NCBI GenBank assembly: GCA_002347815.1
Contig: DDXV01000018.1
Span: forward strand, 9,581 to 73,580
Source of the DNA: Syntrophaceae bacterium UBA2251
GTDB lineage: Bacteria; Desulfobacterota; Syntrophia; Syntrophales; UBA2251
Reading direction: 5' to 3'
DNA: 64,000 nt
Below, in pieces: positions 9,915 to 19,849 of the stretch. How positions within the stretch are numbered: the first letter of the stretch is position 1; every line of letters begins with the position of its first letter. The position numbers and the translations under genes were made by a program. The notes below the pieces were generated by a model. It searched no databases and was not told the origin of the DNA. It saw only the letters and a program-made list of their open reading frames with translations.

Positions 9915-10564
9915 AATCTTCCCTCATAATCTTCTTTGCGAAGCTTGATGACCACGCGGTTGACTTTGGTCTGTTTCGTCTGATCCGACAGTTTTTGCTC
10001 GATGATGACCCGGTCTTCATGGATCTCGGCGACCCGGCCGCCATTCTGTCCGATGACGGTCCCCGCCTTGACGGTGTAGAATTTCCCGGCGGCGTCTTCG
10101 ACGACCGCGATGCGTCGCGATGCGCTGCCCGCAATCCCGACGAGTCTGAACTGTTCGATGCCGGCGCGCTGGAGCGGCGAGAGGGGAACGGGCTTGGGCT
10201 TGACCGTCTTCTTGCGGGCAATTTCGTCCCGCTCCAGGAAGGGACGGAAGGGATCCGCCTTGCCGGTTGGACTGTAGCGAAAATGGGCCAGCGGCGTCTT
10301 CGCGTCCTTTGCCTGTTCCGGGGCCTTGGCGGTCTTCGCCTTCACGGCCTTCGCCTGCTCCGGCGTCTTGGCGGTCTTCGCCTTCGCCGTCGCGGCAACC
10401 GCGGGTGCGGGCCCGGAAGAACGAAGCGGGCCCGGATCGGCGGCCGCGGTCACACCGGCTCCCAGCCAGAGTCCGCAGCAGATGAGGCCGACCCCGATCG
10501 CCGTCACGGGATTATTTGGCTTTTTGATCCGTCTTTTTGACTGCAGCATCGGGCCTCTCGACAA
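9911..10564 (-). CDS. pilP: pilus assembly protein PilP (lipoprotein-like)
   Basis: Sits between pilO and pilQ. Has an N-terminal hydrophobic/Cys segment, a DPFRPF motif and a C-terminal beta domain (GIAGSASRRIAVVEDAAGKFYTVKAGTVIG). The start could be 10549. Confidence 0.75.
   Translation of the reverse strand: MSRGPMLQSKRRIKKPNNPVTAIGVGLICCGLWLGAGVTAAADPGPLRSSGPAPAVAATAKAKTAKTPEQAKAVKAKTAKAPEQAKDAKTPLAHFRYSPTGKADPFRPFLERDEIARKKTVKPKPVPLSPLQRAGIEQFRLVGIAGSASRRIAVVEDAAGKFYTVKAGTVIGQNGGRVAEIHEDRVIIEQKLSDQTKQTKVNRVVIKLRKEDYEGRL
10325..10385. repeat. in-frame 42-nt tandem duplication inside pilP
   Basis: Exact 19-nt copies CTTGGCGGTCTTCGCCTTC at 10325-10343 and 10367-10385. They encode the duplicated linker KAKTAK(T/A)PEQAK. 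Confidence 0.7.
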
Positions 10565-11240
10565 ACATGTACGTCTTGATCACACAGGACGTCTTCAGGG
10601 GGCGGCCACGTCCCTTGGCATCGGCCGCCGCCCCAGCGTCCCCCATGACAATGTCCTCGATATTGACGATCCGGGGAAGTCTCGCCACCCGCTCGAAGAA
10701 GAGGGCGATATTGTGATAACCGCCCGTGATCTGAACATCGACGGGGATTTCGTCATAGAAGGCCTCCCCTTCCGCCTTGGCCGACGGCGACTTGGCGTCG
10801 CCGGCCTTCTCCTTCTCTTCGGCCCGCTTGTCGGAGGGCTTCAGATTTTCCTTGACCCCCGGCTTTCCAGCGGGCCTGGCGGGCGGCTTCGGCGCAAAAA
10901 GCAGAAACCGAACACCCGCGCCCTTGCCGGCCAGGGCGACGGAATTGAGCAGACCGGGAATTTCTTTCTTGTCGGGGAGCTTGGACAGCGCCAGTTTGAA
11001 CTGCTGTTCCAGGGTCTCGACCTCCCGCATGTACTTGGCGAGCTGGGCGGCGACCCGCTCCTTCTCCGCCACCTGCTGTTCCAGTTCGGCGAGCTTGGTC
11101 TGCAGCTGGCCCCGCTTTTCCAGCGTCGCCTGGAGGAAGAAGAAGTAATAGAAGTAGCCCAGCAGAAGCACCACGCCGACGAGGATCAAGGCTTGTATTT
11201 TCGGGGGGAGCTTCTTGATGTCTTCAACGGTGATCGGCAT
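10512..11240 (-). CDS. pilO: pilus assembly protein PilO
   Basis: Start trimmed to MPITVEDIKKLPPKIQALILVGVVLLLGYFYYF (TM helix) followed by a coiled coil. ATG at 11240 lies 2 nt after the pilN stop. Confidence 0.8.
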   Translation of the reverse strand: MPITVEDIKKLPPKIQALILVGVVLLLGYFYYFFFLQATLEKRGQLQTKLAELEQQVAEKERVAAQLAKYMREVETLEQQFKLALSKLPDKKEIPGLLNSVALAGKGAGVRFLLFAPKPPARPAGKPGVKENLKPSDKRAEEKEKAGDAKSPSAKAEGEAFYDEIPVDVQITGGYHNIALFFERVARLPRIVNIEDIVMGDAGAAADAKGRGRPLKTSCVIKTYMFVERPDAAVKKTDQKAK

Positions 11241-11242
11241 GG

Positions 11243-11791
11243 TCAGGCGCCCTTTTTCATCTGACAGGTCAAGTTGAATTGCTGCAGCTTGACTTTCGAG
11301 ACCTCTTTCTCTTTCGAGGACACGAGCTCCACCGCGCTGATGAAACTGGCCCGTTCGAGATTCCACATGAAGCGGGAGACCGCCGTATTGTCGCGGGCGA
11401 TGCCCTCGATCTGGAGCTCCATGCCCTTCTGGGTGAACTTGTCGAGCCAGACATCGCGGGTGGGCACGAGGCGGACGAGCTCATCCATCATCTTTACCGG
11501 CGCAAGGCGGTTCTCCTCCAGGCCGTTGATGACGGAGAGCTTCCGTTCCAGGACCCGCTTGTTCTCCTTGAACTTCTCCACGTCGCCGACCTTCTTGTTC
11601 AGGACGACGAGCTTTTCTTCGTCGGTCTTGATCTCGCCTTCCATCCGCGCATTGTTCGCGGACAGATAGATCTGAGTGCCGGCCAGGATCACAACCAGGA
11701 ATATCAAGATTCCGGCGGTCAGGATGATCTGCCGTGCCATGCCGGCCTTCGCGGCCTTTTCCCGGTAGGGAAGAAGATTGATCTTGATCAT
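11243..11791 (-). CDS. pilN: pilus assembly protein PilN
   Basis: MIKINLLPYRE N-terminus, a single TM helix and the typical PilN periplasmic domain. Confidence 0.85.
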   Translation of the reverse strand: MIKINLLPYREKAAKAGMARQIILTAGILIFLVVILAGTQIYLSANNARMEGEIKTDEEKLVVLNKKVGDVEKFKENKRVLERKLSVINGLEENRLAPVKMMDELVRLVPTRDVWLDKFTQKGMELQIEGIARDNTAVSRFMWNLERASFISAVELVSSKEKEVSKVKLQQFNLTCQMKKGA

Positions 11792-12867
11792 TTCTCACCC
11801 ACCCTCCGGAGCGCCAGTCCCACTCCGACCGCGGCCACGGGGCCAATGCTCTGGACCTGCCCCGGGTCGATCACCTTTTTATTGTAACCGATCTTCTGAA
11901 AGGGATTGACGACCTCCGTTTCGATGTTAAGCCTCTGGGAAAGCTCCTGTGCGATGCCGGGGATATTGGCGCTTCCTCCGCACAACAGAACCTTGCGGAT
12001 GTCCCCGCCGCCGTAAGTGGAGCGGAAATAATCGAGGGACCGCTCGATCTCCGAACAGATCGGGTCGGCAAGCTGCAACAGGCTGTCGTTGAATTCCCGC
12101 TCTTCCATCTCGCCGCCGCGCACGCCTTCGAGCTTGATCTTCTCCGCCTCTTCGAAGGTGACGCCGAGCTTTTCCTGAAGGGCCTCGGTGACGGCATTGC
12201 CGCCCAGGGTGAAGTCCCGCGTGAAGATGGAGCCGCCGTTCAGGACGACGTTGATGTTGGTGATACTCGCCCCCATATTGATCAGGGCCGCGACGTCCGT
12301 TTCCTCGAAGTCGTAATTCTGCTCGTACATGTGTTCCAGGGCGAAGGAATCCACGTCCATGATCACCACGGGGAGCCCGGCCTTTTCAATGGCGCCGGTG
12401 AATCCCTCGACGATGTCCTTCTTGGCCGCCACGATGAGCACGTCCATCTGATTCGGGTTATAGTCGTTTTCGCCCAGGATCTGAAAGTCGAACAGGACGT
12501 CGTCCATGCTGTCGAAAGGCAGATACTTCCCGGCCTCGTCGTGAATCAGTTCGCGAAGCTCGTTTTCCTCCATCTGGGCGAGGTTGACCTTCTTCACGAT
12601 CGCGGCGTGGCTGGACAACGACGTCACGATGGCCTTGCGTTTGCAGCCGGCTTTCTTGTAGAGGTCTTTGATGTGCTGGGTCAGAATGTCCGGCGCGGTG
12701 ACGGCGCCGTCCGTGATCACCCCCCGCGGGAGGGGCGTTTGATGAAAGTTGTTGAGAACGAACCCTTTCGGCGTCTGGACGACTTCGGCAAGCTTGAGCG
12801 CGCTCGATCCGACATCGAGCCCGACCAGCTTCTTGGCGCCGGTAAACAACCCTACGATATCCACCAT
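11788..12867 (-). CDS. pilM: pilus assembly protein PilM (actin-like ATPase fold)
   Basis: GLDVGSSALKLAEV and LLCGGSANIPG actin-fold motifs. First gene of the pilMNOPQ order. Confidence 0.9.
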   Translation of the reverse strand: MVDIVGLFTGAKKLVGLDVGSSALKLAEVVQTPKGFVLNNFHQTPLPRGVITDGAVTAPDILTQHIKDLYKKAGCKRKAIVTSLSSHAAIVKKVNLAQMEENELRELIHDEAGKYLPFDSMDDVLFDFQILGENDYNPNQMDVLIVAAKKDIVEGFTGAIEKAGLPVVIMDVDSFALEHMYEQNYDFEETDVAALINMGASITNINVVLNGGSIFTRDFTLGGNAVTEALQEKLGVTFEEAEKIKLEGVRGGEMEEREFNDSLLQLADPICSEIERSLDYFRSTYGGGDIRKVLLCGGSANIPGIAQELSQRLNIETEVVNPFQKIGYNKKVIDPGQVQSIGPVAAVGVGLALRRVGEK

Positions 12868-12974
12868 GGATCCACCCTACAGTGCCGGACTCCGCCGATG
12901 ACTCACACTGTCCCGATCATTCCCGGTATCACAAAAAGCTCAAACCCTTCATGCGTTCTATTGGATGGGTAAGA

Positions 12975-13003
12975 ATTTTAACAGGCAAATATCTAAAAGT
13001 AAA
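12975..13003 (-). promoter_or_regulatory. candidate sigma70-type promoter of pilMNOPQ
   Basis: Minus strand reads TTTACT (13003-12998), a 17-nt spacer, then TAAAAT (12980-12975), inside an AT-rich island upstream of pilM. Confidence 0.4.
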
Positions 13004-13023
13004 GAAAAAAATTAGCAGCGATC

Positions 13024-13290
13024 TCATTTCCCGAAGCGGTAGACGAAATCTCCCGGTTTGACCATCCCCAGTTCATCCCTGGCGATCCGTTCGATCGTGG
13101 CCGGATCGCTGCGCAACAGCATGATGGTCCGCTTCAGTTCCCCGTTGGCATCGCTGATATTTTCATTCGCTTTCTCGAGGTCTTGCAGCTTCTCCTGCAT
13201 CTTGTAGTTGTCGACCAGTCCCCGATTTCCGAAGGAAATGATCAACGCCATGAAGACGACGAACAGCAGCAGGTAACGCCCAACCTTCAT
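13024..13290 (-). CDS. ftsB: septum formation initiator FtsB/DivIC family
   Basis: 88 aa with an N-terminal TM helix, a coiled coil and a C-terminal IERIARDELGMVKPGD motif. Confidence 0.8.
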   Translation of the reverse strand: MKVGRYLLLFVVFMALIISFGNRGLVDNYKMQEKLQDLEKANENISDANGELKRTIMLLRSDPATIERIARDELGMVKPGDFVYRFGK

Positions 13291-13387
13291 GGATGCCCCC
13301 TCGAGTTCCGAGATCCCGAAGTTCCCGCAACGATGTCTTTTCTCATACCCTATCGTGCGGTGAGGCGCAACAAAAATTCTCCCTCGC

Positions 13388-14578
13388 TCAGGACGGGTCG
13401 GCCTTCTCGCCTATCGACGGCAGAAGCTGCTGCGGCTCCCCCAGCAGGAACGTTCCCTTCTCGATCCATTCCTTGAGGAGGGCGGCGATTTCCCGTGCCT
13501 TGTAATAACTGGAGAGGGGCGCGGTGGGAATGGTCTTCCCGTTCAGAACGATCTCGCCGCCGCGCAGATCCTTGTAGCTCACCTCTCCCAGGCTTTTCGC
13601 CGCGCCTTTCGGGTAGTCCATGCCGTAATCGTAGACCTGGGCATAGAGATCCTCGTCCTTGACGGCGGTGAAGCAGGCCAGCTTCTCGTTCAGAATCGGA
13701 ATGGGAATGCCGATCCCGACGTACAGGGAAACCCCGTATCCCAGCATGCTGGCGCCGGACAGCCACTCCGGCTTCATCTCCTTCAGGTCGCCGATGGTCG
13801 CGATGGTCCCCGCTCCCTCCCGGGGCACACCGTTCTTCCCGCGCAGCGCCCGGGGGTTGTGCTGGGTGCCGGGCCAGGCGACAAACCCCTGCGCACCGCC
13901 GAGAAAGATTCGTGTCCCGATGCCGATGGTCTGATAGTAGGGGTCGTTGAACAGGGGACTCAGCTGGCCCGACGTGGCGTAGGTGGCGTTCCCCATCCTC
14001 GGTCGCAGCATGCCCATGTAGGTGTAGATGGTCTTGTCGGACATGTTGACGGCGCAGTTGTAGTTCTGGTAGGCGTTTCTCGGGTTGAACAGGATGGCGT
14101 CGCGCAGATCGTGAATCGTGATGGTCTTCTCGAAGCGCCGGGCCGGGTAACAATCCGTTCCATAGCCCTCCGCGCGCAGCCGGATGAGGTTGCCCGCCAC
14201 GAGATCTTCGATGACATGCCCGCCCCCGTAGTTGAACTCGCCCGGATAGACGCTGTTCAGGGGATCGGCCTCCGTCACTTCCGTGGCCCCTAAATAGCAA
14301 TCCACCGCGGCGATCCCGCCGTAGGCGGGAACGTCGTTCAGCCAGATCCGCGAGGCCCGGATCTTCGGCGACGTATGGCCGAAATTGAGAAAGGCCCCGG
14401 AAGAACACATGGGGCTGAAGGTCCCCGTCGTCACCACATCGACCCGCCGGGCCGCGTCCACGGAACCGTGCCGCTCGACGATGTCGATCATCTCCTCCGC
14501 CGTGACGACCACGGCCTTCCCCTGGCGGATCCGCTCGTTGATCTCCCGGAACGATTTCTGAACCTTGAGCTTCTTCAT
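13388..14578 (-). CDS. COG1900/DUF39 homocysteine biosynthesis protein
   Basis: Start trimmed to MKKLKVQKSFREINERI. Sequence VVTTGTFSPMCSSGAFLNFGH...NYNCAVN...LFNDPYYQTIGIGTRIFLGGAQG is typical of the methanogen-type MA1821 family. Confidence 0.85.
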   Translation of the reverse strand: MKKLKVQKSFREINERIRQGKAVVVTAEEMIDIVERHGSVDAARRVDVVTTGTFSPMCSSGAFLNFGHTSPKIRASRIWLNDVPAYGGIAAVDCYLGATEVTEADPLNSVYPGEFNYGGGHVIEDLVAGNLIRLRAEGYGTDCYPARRFEKTITIHDLRDAILFNPRNAYQNYNCAVNMSDKTIYTYMGMLRPRMGNATYATSGQLSPLFNDPYYQTIGIGTRIFLGGAQGFVAWPGTQHNPRALRGKNGVPREGAGTIATIGDLKEMKPEWLSGASMLGYGVSLYVGIGIPIPILNEKLACFTAVKDEDLYAQVYDYGMDYPKGAAKSLGEVSYKDLRGGEIVLNGKTIPTAPLSSYYKAREIAALLKEWIEKGTFLLGEPQQLLPSIGEKADPS

Positions 14579-14604
14579 TGCGCTTCCCTGCCCGTCCGGC
14601 CGCA

Positions 14605-15075
14605 TCAGCGGCGGGTATGGCCGAATCCGCCCTCGCCGCGTCCGGTTTCGTCCAGCGCCGGGGCCTCCCGCCATCGCACCCGACCGACCCGGCGGACCAC
14701 CATCTGGGCGATCCGTTCGCCCCGCTTCACGACGAACGGCTCCGTCCCGTGGTTGATCAGAAGAATGCCGATTTCCCCCCGGTAGTCCGCGTCGATCGTG
14801 CCGGGGCTGTTCAGGACGGTCACGCCGTGCCGGACGGCGAGCCCGCTCCGGGGACGGATCTCGGCCTCATGCCCCGGCGGCACCGCGACTTTCAGCCCCG
14901 TCGGGATCAGCTGCCGTCCGCCCGGCGGCACCACCGTGTCCTCCGTGACGGCGGCATGGACATCCATCCCGGCCGCCCGTTCCGTCATGTAACGGGGCAG
15001 GGGCAGGTCTTCCGTCCCCGCCAGACGCTGCACGGGAATTTCGATGTCTTCCTCCCCAAGGGCGTCGACGTTCAC
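14605..15075 (-). CDS. dut: dUTP diphosphatase
   Basis: [30 protein letters not shown] and ERIAQMV motifs. Confidence 0.9.
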   Translation of the reverse strand: MNVDALGEEDIEIPVQRLAGTEDLPLPRYMTERAAGMDVHAAVTEDTVVPPGGRQLIPTGLKVAVPPGHEAEIRPRSGLAVRHGVTVLNSPGTIDADYRGEIGILLINHGTEPFVVKRGERIAQMVVRRVGRVRWREAPALDETGRGEGGFGHTRR

Positions 15076-15085
15076 GCCACCCCTC

Positions 15086-16345
15086 CTACGTCATGCGAAA
15101 ATCGAAGACCTGCTTTGGACGGACAGGACCCATGACGGCCACGGACAGGGTCTCCGAACGGAACAGCTCGCCGGCCAGGCGGACGACATCCTCGCAGGTG
15201 ACGGCGTCCACGGCGGCCAGCACGTCCTCCGCGGTCGTCTGACGACCGAGACACAACTCGTTCTTCGCCAGCCGTGTCATGCGGTGATCCGTGCTCTCCA
15301 TGCTCAGGAGAAAATTCCCCTTGATCAACTCCTTGGCCGCCTGAAGTTCGTCCGCCGTCAGCGGCGTCCGTCGGAGACGGCTCATCTCCGCCTGGATCAG
15401 CGTCGCCACCTCTTCCACCCGGTCGGCGTCGGCGCCGGCGTACACCCCGAGGATGCCCGTATCCTGGTAAGGCACGAGGTACGACTGGATGGCATAGGCG
15501 AGCCCCCGCTTCTCCCGCACCTCCTGGAAAAGGCGGGAACTCATGCTGCCCCCGAAAACCGCGTTGAGCAGAAAACCGGCATAGCGCTCCGGACTGCGGG
15601 CGGCGGGGGCCACCGTCCCGACGACCAGGTGGACCTGTTCGAGATCCTTCTCCTGCACCACCTGCCGGGCCTCGGTCGTCGGTGCATCCGGAAACGCCTG
15701 CCGCCGCCCCTCGGGCAGGGCGCCGAACGCGGTCTCGACCTGCTTAAGGAACGCCGCGTGGTCCAGGTGACCGGCGGCGCTCAGCACCATGTTCCGCCCC
15801 CGGTACATCCGGTCGAAAAACGCATTCAGTCCATCCCGCGTAAAGCCGGCGACCCGCTCCTTCGTCCCCAGGATGGACCGGCCCAGGGCATGCCCGCCCC
15901 AGAAGGCCTTCTCGAAGATCTCGTGGACGTACTCGTCGGGGGAGTCCTCCAGCATGTGGATCTCCTGCCGGACGACGGCCTTTTCCTTCTCGATCTCCTC
16001 GGCGGCAAACCGGGACTGCCGCAGGATGTCCGCCAGCAGGTCCATCGCCAGGGGCAGATGGTAATCGGGCACCTTGATGTAGAGCGAGGTCAGCTCCTTG
16101 CCCGTGAAGGCGTTCATGACCCCGCCCACGGAATCGATGGCCGCGGCGATGTCGAAGGCGCTGCGGCGCTCCGTGCCCTTGAAGAGCATGTGCTCGATGA
16201 AGTGCGCCATGCCGTTGTCGGCCGCCGACTCGTACCGGGAACCGCAACGCACCCAAACGCCGATGGAGATGGACCGGACGGTATCGATTTCTTCGGTAAC
16301 GACGGTCAGACCGTTATCGAGAACGGTTTTCCGGACCATGGGCAT
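15086..16345 (-). CDS. M16B family zinc peptidase (cytoplasmic, MlpA/YmxG-like)
   Basis: The HxxEH zinc motif in [14 protein letters not shown], and no signal peptide. It sits right after pnp, as in Bacillus-type clusters. Confidence 0.85.
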   Translation of the reverse strand: MPMVRKTVLDNGLTVVTEEIDTVRSISIGVWVRCGSRYESAADNGMAHFIEHMLFKGTERRSAFDIAAAIDSVGGVMNAFTGKELTSLYIKVPDYHLPLAMDLLADILRQSRFAAEEIEKEKAVVRQEIHMLEDSPDEYVHEIFEKAFWGGHALGRSILGTKERVAGFTRDGLNAFFDRMYRGRNMVLSAAGHLDHAAFLKQVETAFGALPEGRRQAFPDAPTTEARQVVQEKDLEQVHLVVGTVAPAARSPERYAGFLLNAVFGGSMSSRLFQEVREKRGLAYAIQSYLVPYQDTGILGVYAGADADRVEEVATLIQAEMSRLRRTPLTADELQAAKELIKGNFLLSMESTDHRMTRLAKNELCLGRQTTAEDVLAAVDAVTCEDVVRLAGELFRSETLSVAVMGPVRPKQVFDFRMT

Positions 16346-18455
16346 CCAGGGCTTCCTTTCTGCTCAGACGGATCTTGCCCTGCTTGTCGATCTCCAGGAC
16401 CTTGACCATCACCTCATCGCCCTCATGGACGATGTCGGTCACCTTGTTGACGCGCTCCTTCGCCAGATGGGAGATGTGGACGAGCCCTTCCGTGCCCGGC
16501 AGGATTTCCACGAAGGCCCCGAAATCGACGACCTTCTTCACGGTACCGGTATAGATCTTGCCGATCTCCGCCTCTTCCGTCAGCCACTTGACCATGGCGA
16601 TGGCCCGGGCGGCGGCGTCCGCGTCGCTGGACGCGATCGTTACGGTGCCGTCGTCCTCGACATCGATCGTTACGCCGGTCTCGCTGATGATCTGGCGGAT
16701 GTTCTTGCCGCCCGATCCGATCACGTCCCGCACCTTTTCGGGCTTGACCTTGACGGTGGTGATGCGCGGGGCGTGAACGGAGATGTCGGCGCGCGGCGCC
16801 GCCATCGTCTCCCGGATCCGGTCGATGATGAAGCAGCGGCCGTCCCGCGCCTGGCGCAGGGCGCCCCTCAGGATGTCGCCCGTCAGCCCGTCGATCTTGA
16901 TGTCCATCTGCATCGCGGTGACGCCCTTCTTCGTCCCGCAGACCTTGAAGTCCATGTCTCCGGCGTGGTCTTCATCCCCGAGGATGTCCGACAGGATGAC
17001 CACTTCGTCCCCCTCCTTCAGGAGGCCCATCGCGATACCGGCGACGATGTCCTTGACCGGCACGCCGCCGTCCATCAGCGACAGGACCCCCGCACAGACC
17101 GTCGCCATGGACGACGACCCGTTGGAGGCGAGGATCTCGGAGACGATCCGGATGGTGTAGGGAAAGACCTCCGGCGCAGGCAGGACGGGCAGGAGAGCCC
17201 GACGCGCCAGGTTGCCGTGACCGATCTCCCGCCGTCCGGGACCGCGGATGCTCTTCGCCTCCGCCACGCTGTAGGGCGGAAAGTTGTAATGGAGGATGAA
17301 CGAGCGCATCTCCTCGCCGCCGATGAAGTCCAGGCGCTGTTCGTCGGAGGACGTCCCCAGCGTCAGCGCGGCCAGGGCCTGCGTCTCTCCCCGCGTAAAG
17401 AGGCCGGAGCCGTGCGCGCGGGGCAGGATCCCCACGTCGCAGCGGATCGGGCGGATCTCCGTCGCGGAGCGTCCGTCGCTGCGCTTTTTCTCATGCAGAA
17501 TCATCCCGCGCAGGATCTTCCGCTCCAGATGCTCCAGGATGGTCAGGACCTGCGATTTCAGGTCCGGCGCCTCGGCCGTGAATTCCTTCACCACCGCCGC
17601 CCGGATCTCATCCAGCTTCGCGTAGCGGTCGAGCTTCCCGGCCGTCGCATAGCCATCCGTAAAGCCGGCCAGGGCCGCCGCTTCCACGCGCGCGGCGAGG
17701 TCCGGATCGATGGCCGGCGGCACGAATACGCGCTTCGGCCGGCCGATCTCCTGACGGATCTGCTCCTGAAGGTCGATGACGGGACGCAGGGACTCCAGGC
17801 CGAAGTTGATCGCATCGACCAGGGTATCCTCGTCCACCTCCCGGGCCTCCCCTTCGAGCATGACGAGGTTGACGTCGTAGGGCCTCCCCTCCGTCCCCGG
17901 CAGGACCTTCCGGCCCACCAGGAAGAGGTTCAGATCGCTCTCGGCCTGCCGGGCATGCGAGGGGTTGCAGACGAAGGCCCCGTTCAGGCGGCCGACACGC
18001 ACGCCGGCGATGGGTCCCTGGAAGGGGATATTCGACAGCGTGAGGGCGGCCGACGCCCCCAGCATGGCCACCACGTCGCTGTCGTTCTCGTCGTCTACCG
18101 AGAGCACCGTCGCGACGATCTGTGTCTCGAAGAAATACCCCTTCTGGATGAGCGGGCGGATCGAACGGTCGATGATCCGGGAGAGAAGAATCTCCCGCTC
18201 GTTCAGTTTTCCTTCCCGCTTGAAGAAGCCGCCGGGGATCTTGCCGGCCGCGAACGTCTTTTCCTGGTAATCCACGGTCAGGGGAAGGAAGTCCAGCCCT
18301 TCCCGCGCCGTCTTCAGGGATACGGCCGTCACCAGCACCACGGTGTCCCCGTACTGCGCGAACACGGCGCCATCGGCCTGTGCGGCCACATAGTCCGTCT
18401 TCAGGCAGATCTCTCTGCCCGCAAAGTCACAACGAAAATCCTTACTCATACTCAT
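16314..18455 (-). CDS. pnp: polyribonucleotide nucleotidyltransferase (PNPase)
   Basis: Two RNase PH domains, a KH domain (VIGSGGKNIRQI) and an S1 domain (GKIYTGTVKKVVDFGAFVEI). Start trimmed to ATG 18455, preceded by GGAGAAAGGA. Confidence 0.95.
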   Translation of the reverse strand: MSMSKDFRCDFAGREICLKTDYVAAQADGAVFAQYGDTVVLVTAVSLKTAREGLDFLPLTVDYQEKTFAAGKIPGGFFKREGKLNEREILLSRIIDRSIRPLIQKGYFFETQIVATVLSVDDENDSDVVAMLGASAALTLSNIPFQGPIAGVRVGRLNGAFVCNPSHARQAESDLNLFLVGRKVLPGTEGRPYDVNLVMLEGEAREVDEDTLVDAINFGLESLRPVIDLQEQIRQEIGRPKRVFVPPAIDPDLAARVEAAALAGFTDGYATAGKLDRYAKLDEIRAAVVKEFTAEAPDLKSQVLTILEHLERKILRGMILHEKKRSDGRSATEIRPIRCDVGILPRAHGSGLFTRGETQALAALTLGTSSDEQRLDFIGGEEMRSFILHYNFPPYSVAEAKSIRGPGRREIGHGNLARRALLPVLPAPEVFPYTIRIVSEILASNGSSSMATVCAGVLSLMDGGVPVKDIVAGIAMGLLKEGDEVVILSDILGDEDHAGDMDFKVCGTKKGVTAMQMDIKIDGLTGDILRGALRQARDGRCFIIDRIRETMAAPRADISVHAPRITTVKVKPEKVRDVIGSGGKNIRQIISETGVTIDVEDDGTVTIASSDADAAARAIAMVKWLTEEAEIGKIYTGTVKKVVDFGAFVEILPGTEGLVHISHLAKERVNKVTDIVHEGDEVMVKVLEIDKQGKIRLSRKEALDAHGPENRSR

Positions 18456-18468
18456 TCCTTTCTCCAAA

Positions 18469-18498
18469 GGCCCCGGGCATAGATTCAGGCCCCGGGCC
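18469..18498 (-). promoter_or_regulatory. GC-only interrupted hairpin in the rpsO-pnp spacer
   Basis: Direct repeat GGCCCCGGGC at 18469-18478 and 18488-18497. Each copy contains CCCGGG, so the pair can form a 5+3 bp all-GC stem. On the minus strand it is followed by TTTGGAGAAAGGA-ATG, the pnp SD and start. Confidence 0.35.
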
Positions 18499-18536
18499 GA
18501 TCCGTTTTCCTGCAAGCGATGCATCCCGCGGGAGAA

Positions 18537-18803
18537 TTACTTCCGGATCCCCAACTGCTGGATGATGCTCCGGTATCGTTCCACATCCTTTTTCTTCATG
18601 TAATCGAGAAGACGACGCCGCTGACCGACCAGTTTCAAGAGTCCCCGCCGGGAATGATGGTCTTTTTTGTGCGCCTTGAAGTGCTCCGTCAAATACTCGA
18701 TGCGCGCCGTCAGCAAGGCAACCTGAACCTCCGGGGAGCCCGTGTCGTTCTCGTGGATCTGATATTTCCCGATAATGCCCTTTCGTTTCTCCGCATCTAA
18801 CAC
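18537..18803 (-). CDS. rpsO: 30S ribosomal protein S15
   Basis: [53 protein letters not shown] start. Confidence 0.95.
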   Translation of the reverse strand: MLDAEKRKGIIGKYQIHENDTGSPEVQVALLTARIEYLTEHFKAHKKDHHSRRGLLKLVGQRRRLLDYMKKKDVERYRSIIQQLGIRK

Positions 18804-18916
18804 TGCCTTTTCTCCTTCCTTGAACGTCGTTCTCTTGCCGAATTCTCACAACGCGGCGCATGGTTGACTTGCATTCGTCTGCGGCCTCGCGCCTTCGCCG
18901 GCGGCGCGGCGGCTCA

Positions 18917-19849
18917 TCAGGGATTGAACACCCTCAGGATCTTGGTAAACGGCGCATCGCCGGACGTTTCCCCCGACGCGGGCGGGGGAGGAACCACCTT
19001 GCCAATGGCTACCAGGGCACGCCGATTGAGGGTAAATTTTATCATATCTTCCGGGGCAAGGAAAGGAATATCCTCCTCGCCCCAGTCGCCCCGTTTCGGC
19101 TGATGACCGGCGCGGATCCGCTTCGCCAGCGAGGCATCGACCTCGATCTCGGTCAACTCCGGCAGGGCGTCGATCAGGGGGATCAGCCCCTGCCGCAGCC
19201 GTTCCGGTCCTGCGGCGCCCGCCTCATCTTCCAGGCGAACGGCCAGGGTCTCGTCGAATGGGCCGGTTTTAAGGCGCCTCAGGGCGTAGAGACAGGCCCC
19301 GCAGCCCAGGTTTTCCCCGACCTCCGCGCAGAGGGAGCGGATGTAGGTCCCCTTCGAACAGCGGACGGTGAAGGTCGCATAGGGCCCCTCGATGGACTCG
19401 ATCGTCAGTTCGTCGATCTCCACGATCCGGGAGGGCGGGTCGATCGCGACCCCCTGACGGGCCCAGCGGTACAGGGCCTTGCCCTTGAACTTGAGGGCCG
19501 AATAGCGGGGCGCCTGCTGCGGGCGCCTGCCGACGCACTTTTTCAGCGCGCCGGCGATCTCCTCCGGCGTCACGGACGGGACGCAGGTCCGCTCGACCTG
19601 CCCGTCCCGGTCCAGGGTGTCCGTCCGGACCCCCAGAAGCAGCGTGGCCCGATAGACCTTCCATCCTCCCATGAGGAACGGCACGAGTTTCGTCGCCTCG
19701 TTGAGGCAGACCGGCAGCACCCCCGTGGCCAGGGGATCGAGCGTGCCGGTATGACCGGCCTTTCTGACGCCCAGCGTACGGCGAACCTCGTCCACCACGT
19801 CAAACGAGGTCTTCCCCGCCGGCTTGTCGATCACGATCACGCCGTTCAT
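18917..19849 (-). CDS. truB: tRNA pseudouridine(55) synthase
   Basis: GVIVIDKPAGKTSFDVV and GHTGTLDPLATGVLPV, which carries the catalytic Asp motif. Confidence 0.9.
   Translation of the reverse strand: MNGVIVIDKPAGKTSFDVVDEVRRTLGVRKAGHTGTLDPLATGVLPVCLNEATKLVPFLMGGWKVYRATLLLGVRTDTLDRDGQVERTCVPSVTPEEIAGALKKCVGRRPQQAPRYSALKFKGKALYRWARQGVAIDPPSRIVEIDELTIESIEGPYATFTVRCSKGTYIRSLCAEVGENLGCGACLYALRRLKTGPFDETLAVRLEDEAGAAGPERLRQGLIPLIDALPELTEIEVDASLAKRIRAGHQPKRGDWGEEDIPFLAPEDMIKFTLNRRALVAIGKVVPPPPASGETSGDAPFTKILRVFNP

Noticed and set aside
16098-18482. 794-aa + strand ORF
   Set aside because: It is antisense to pnp and the M16 peptidase gene, with low-complexity R/D/G/H-rich translation. It is a shadow ORF.
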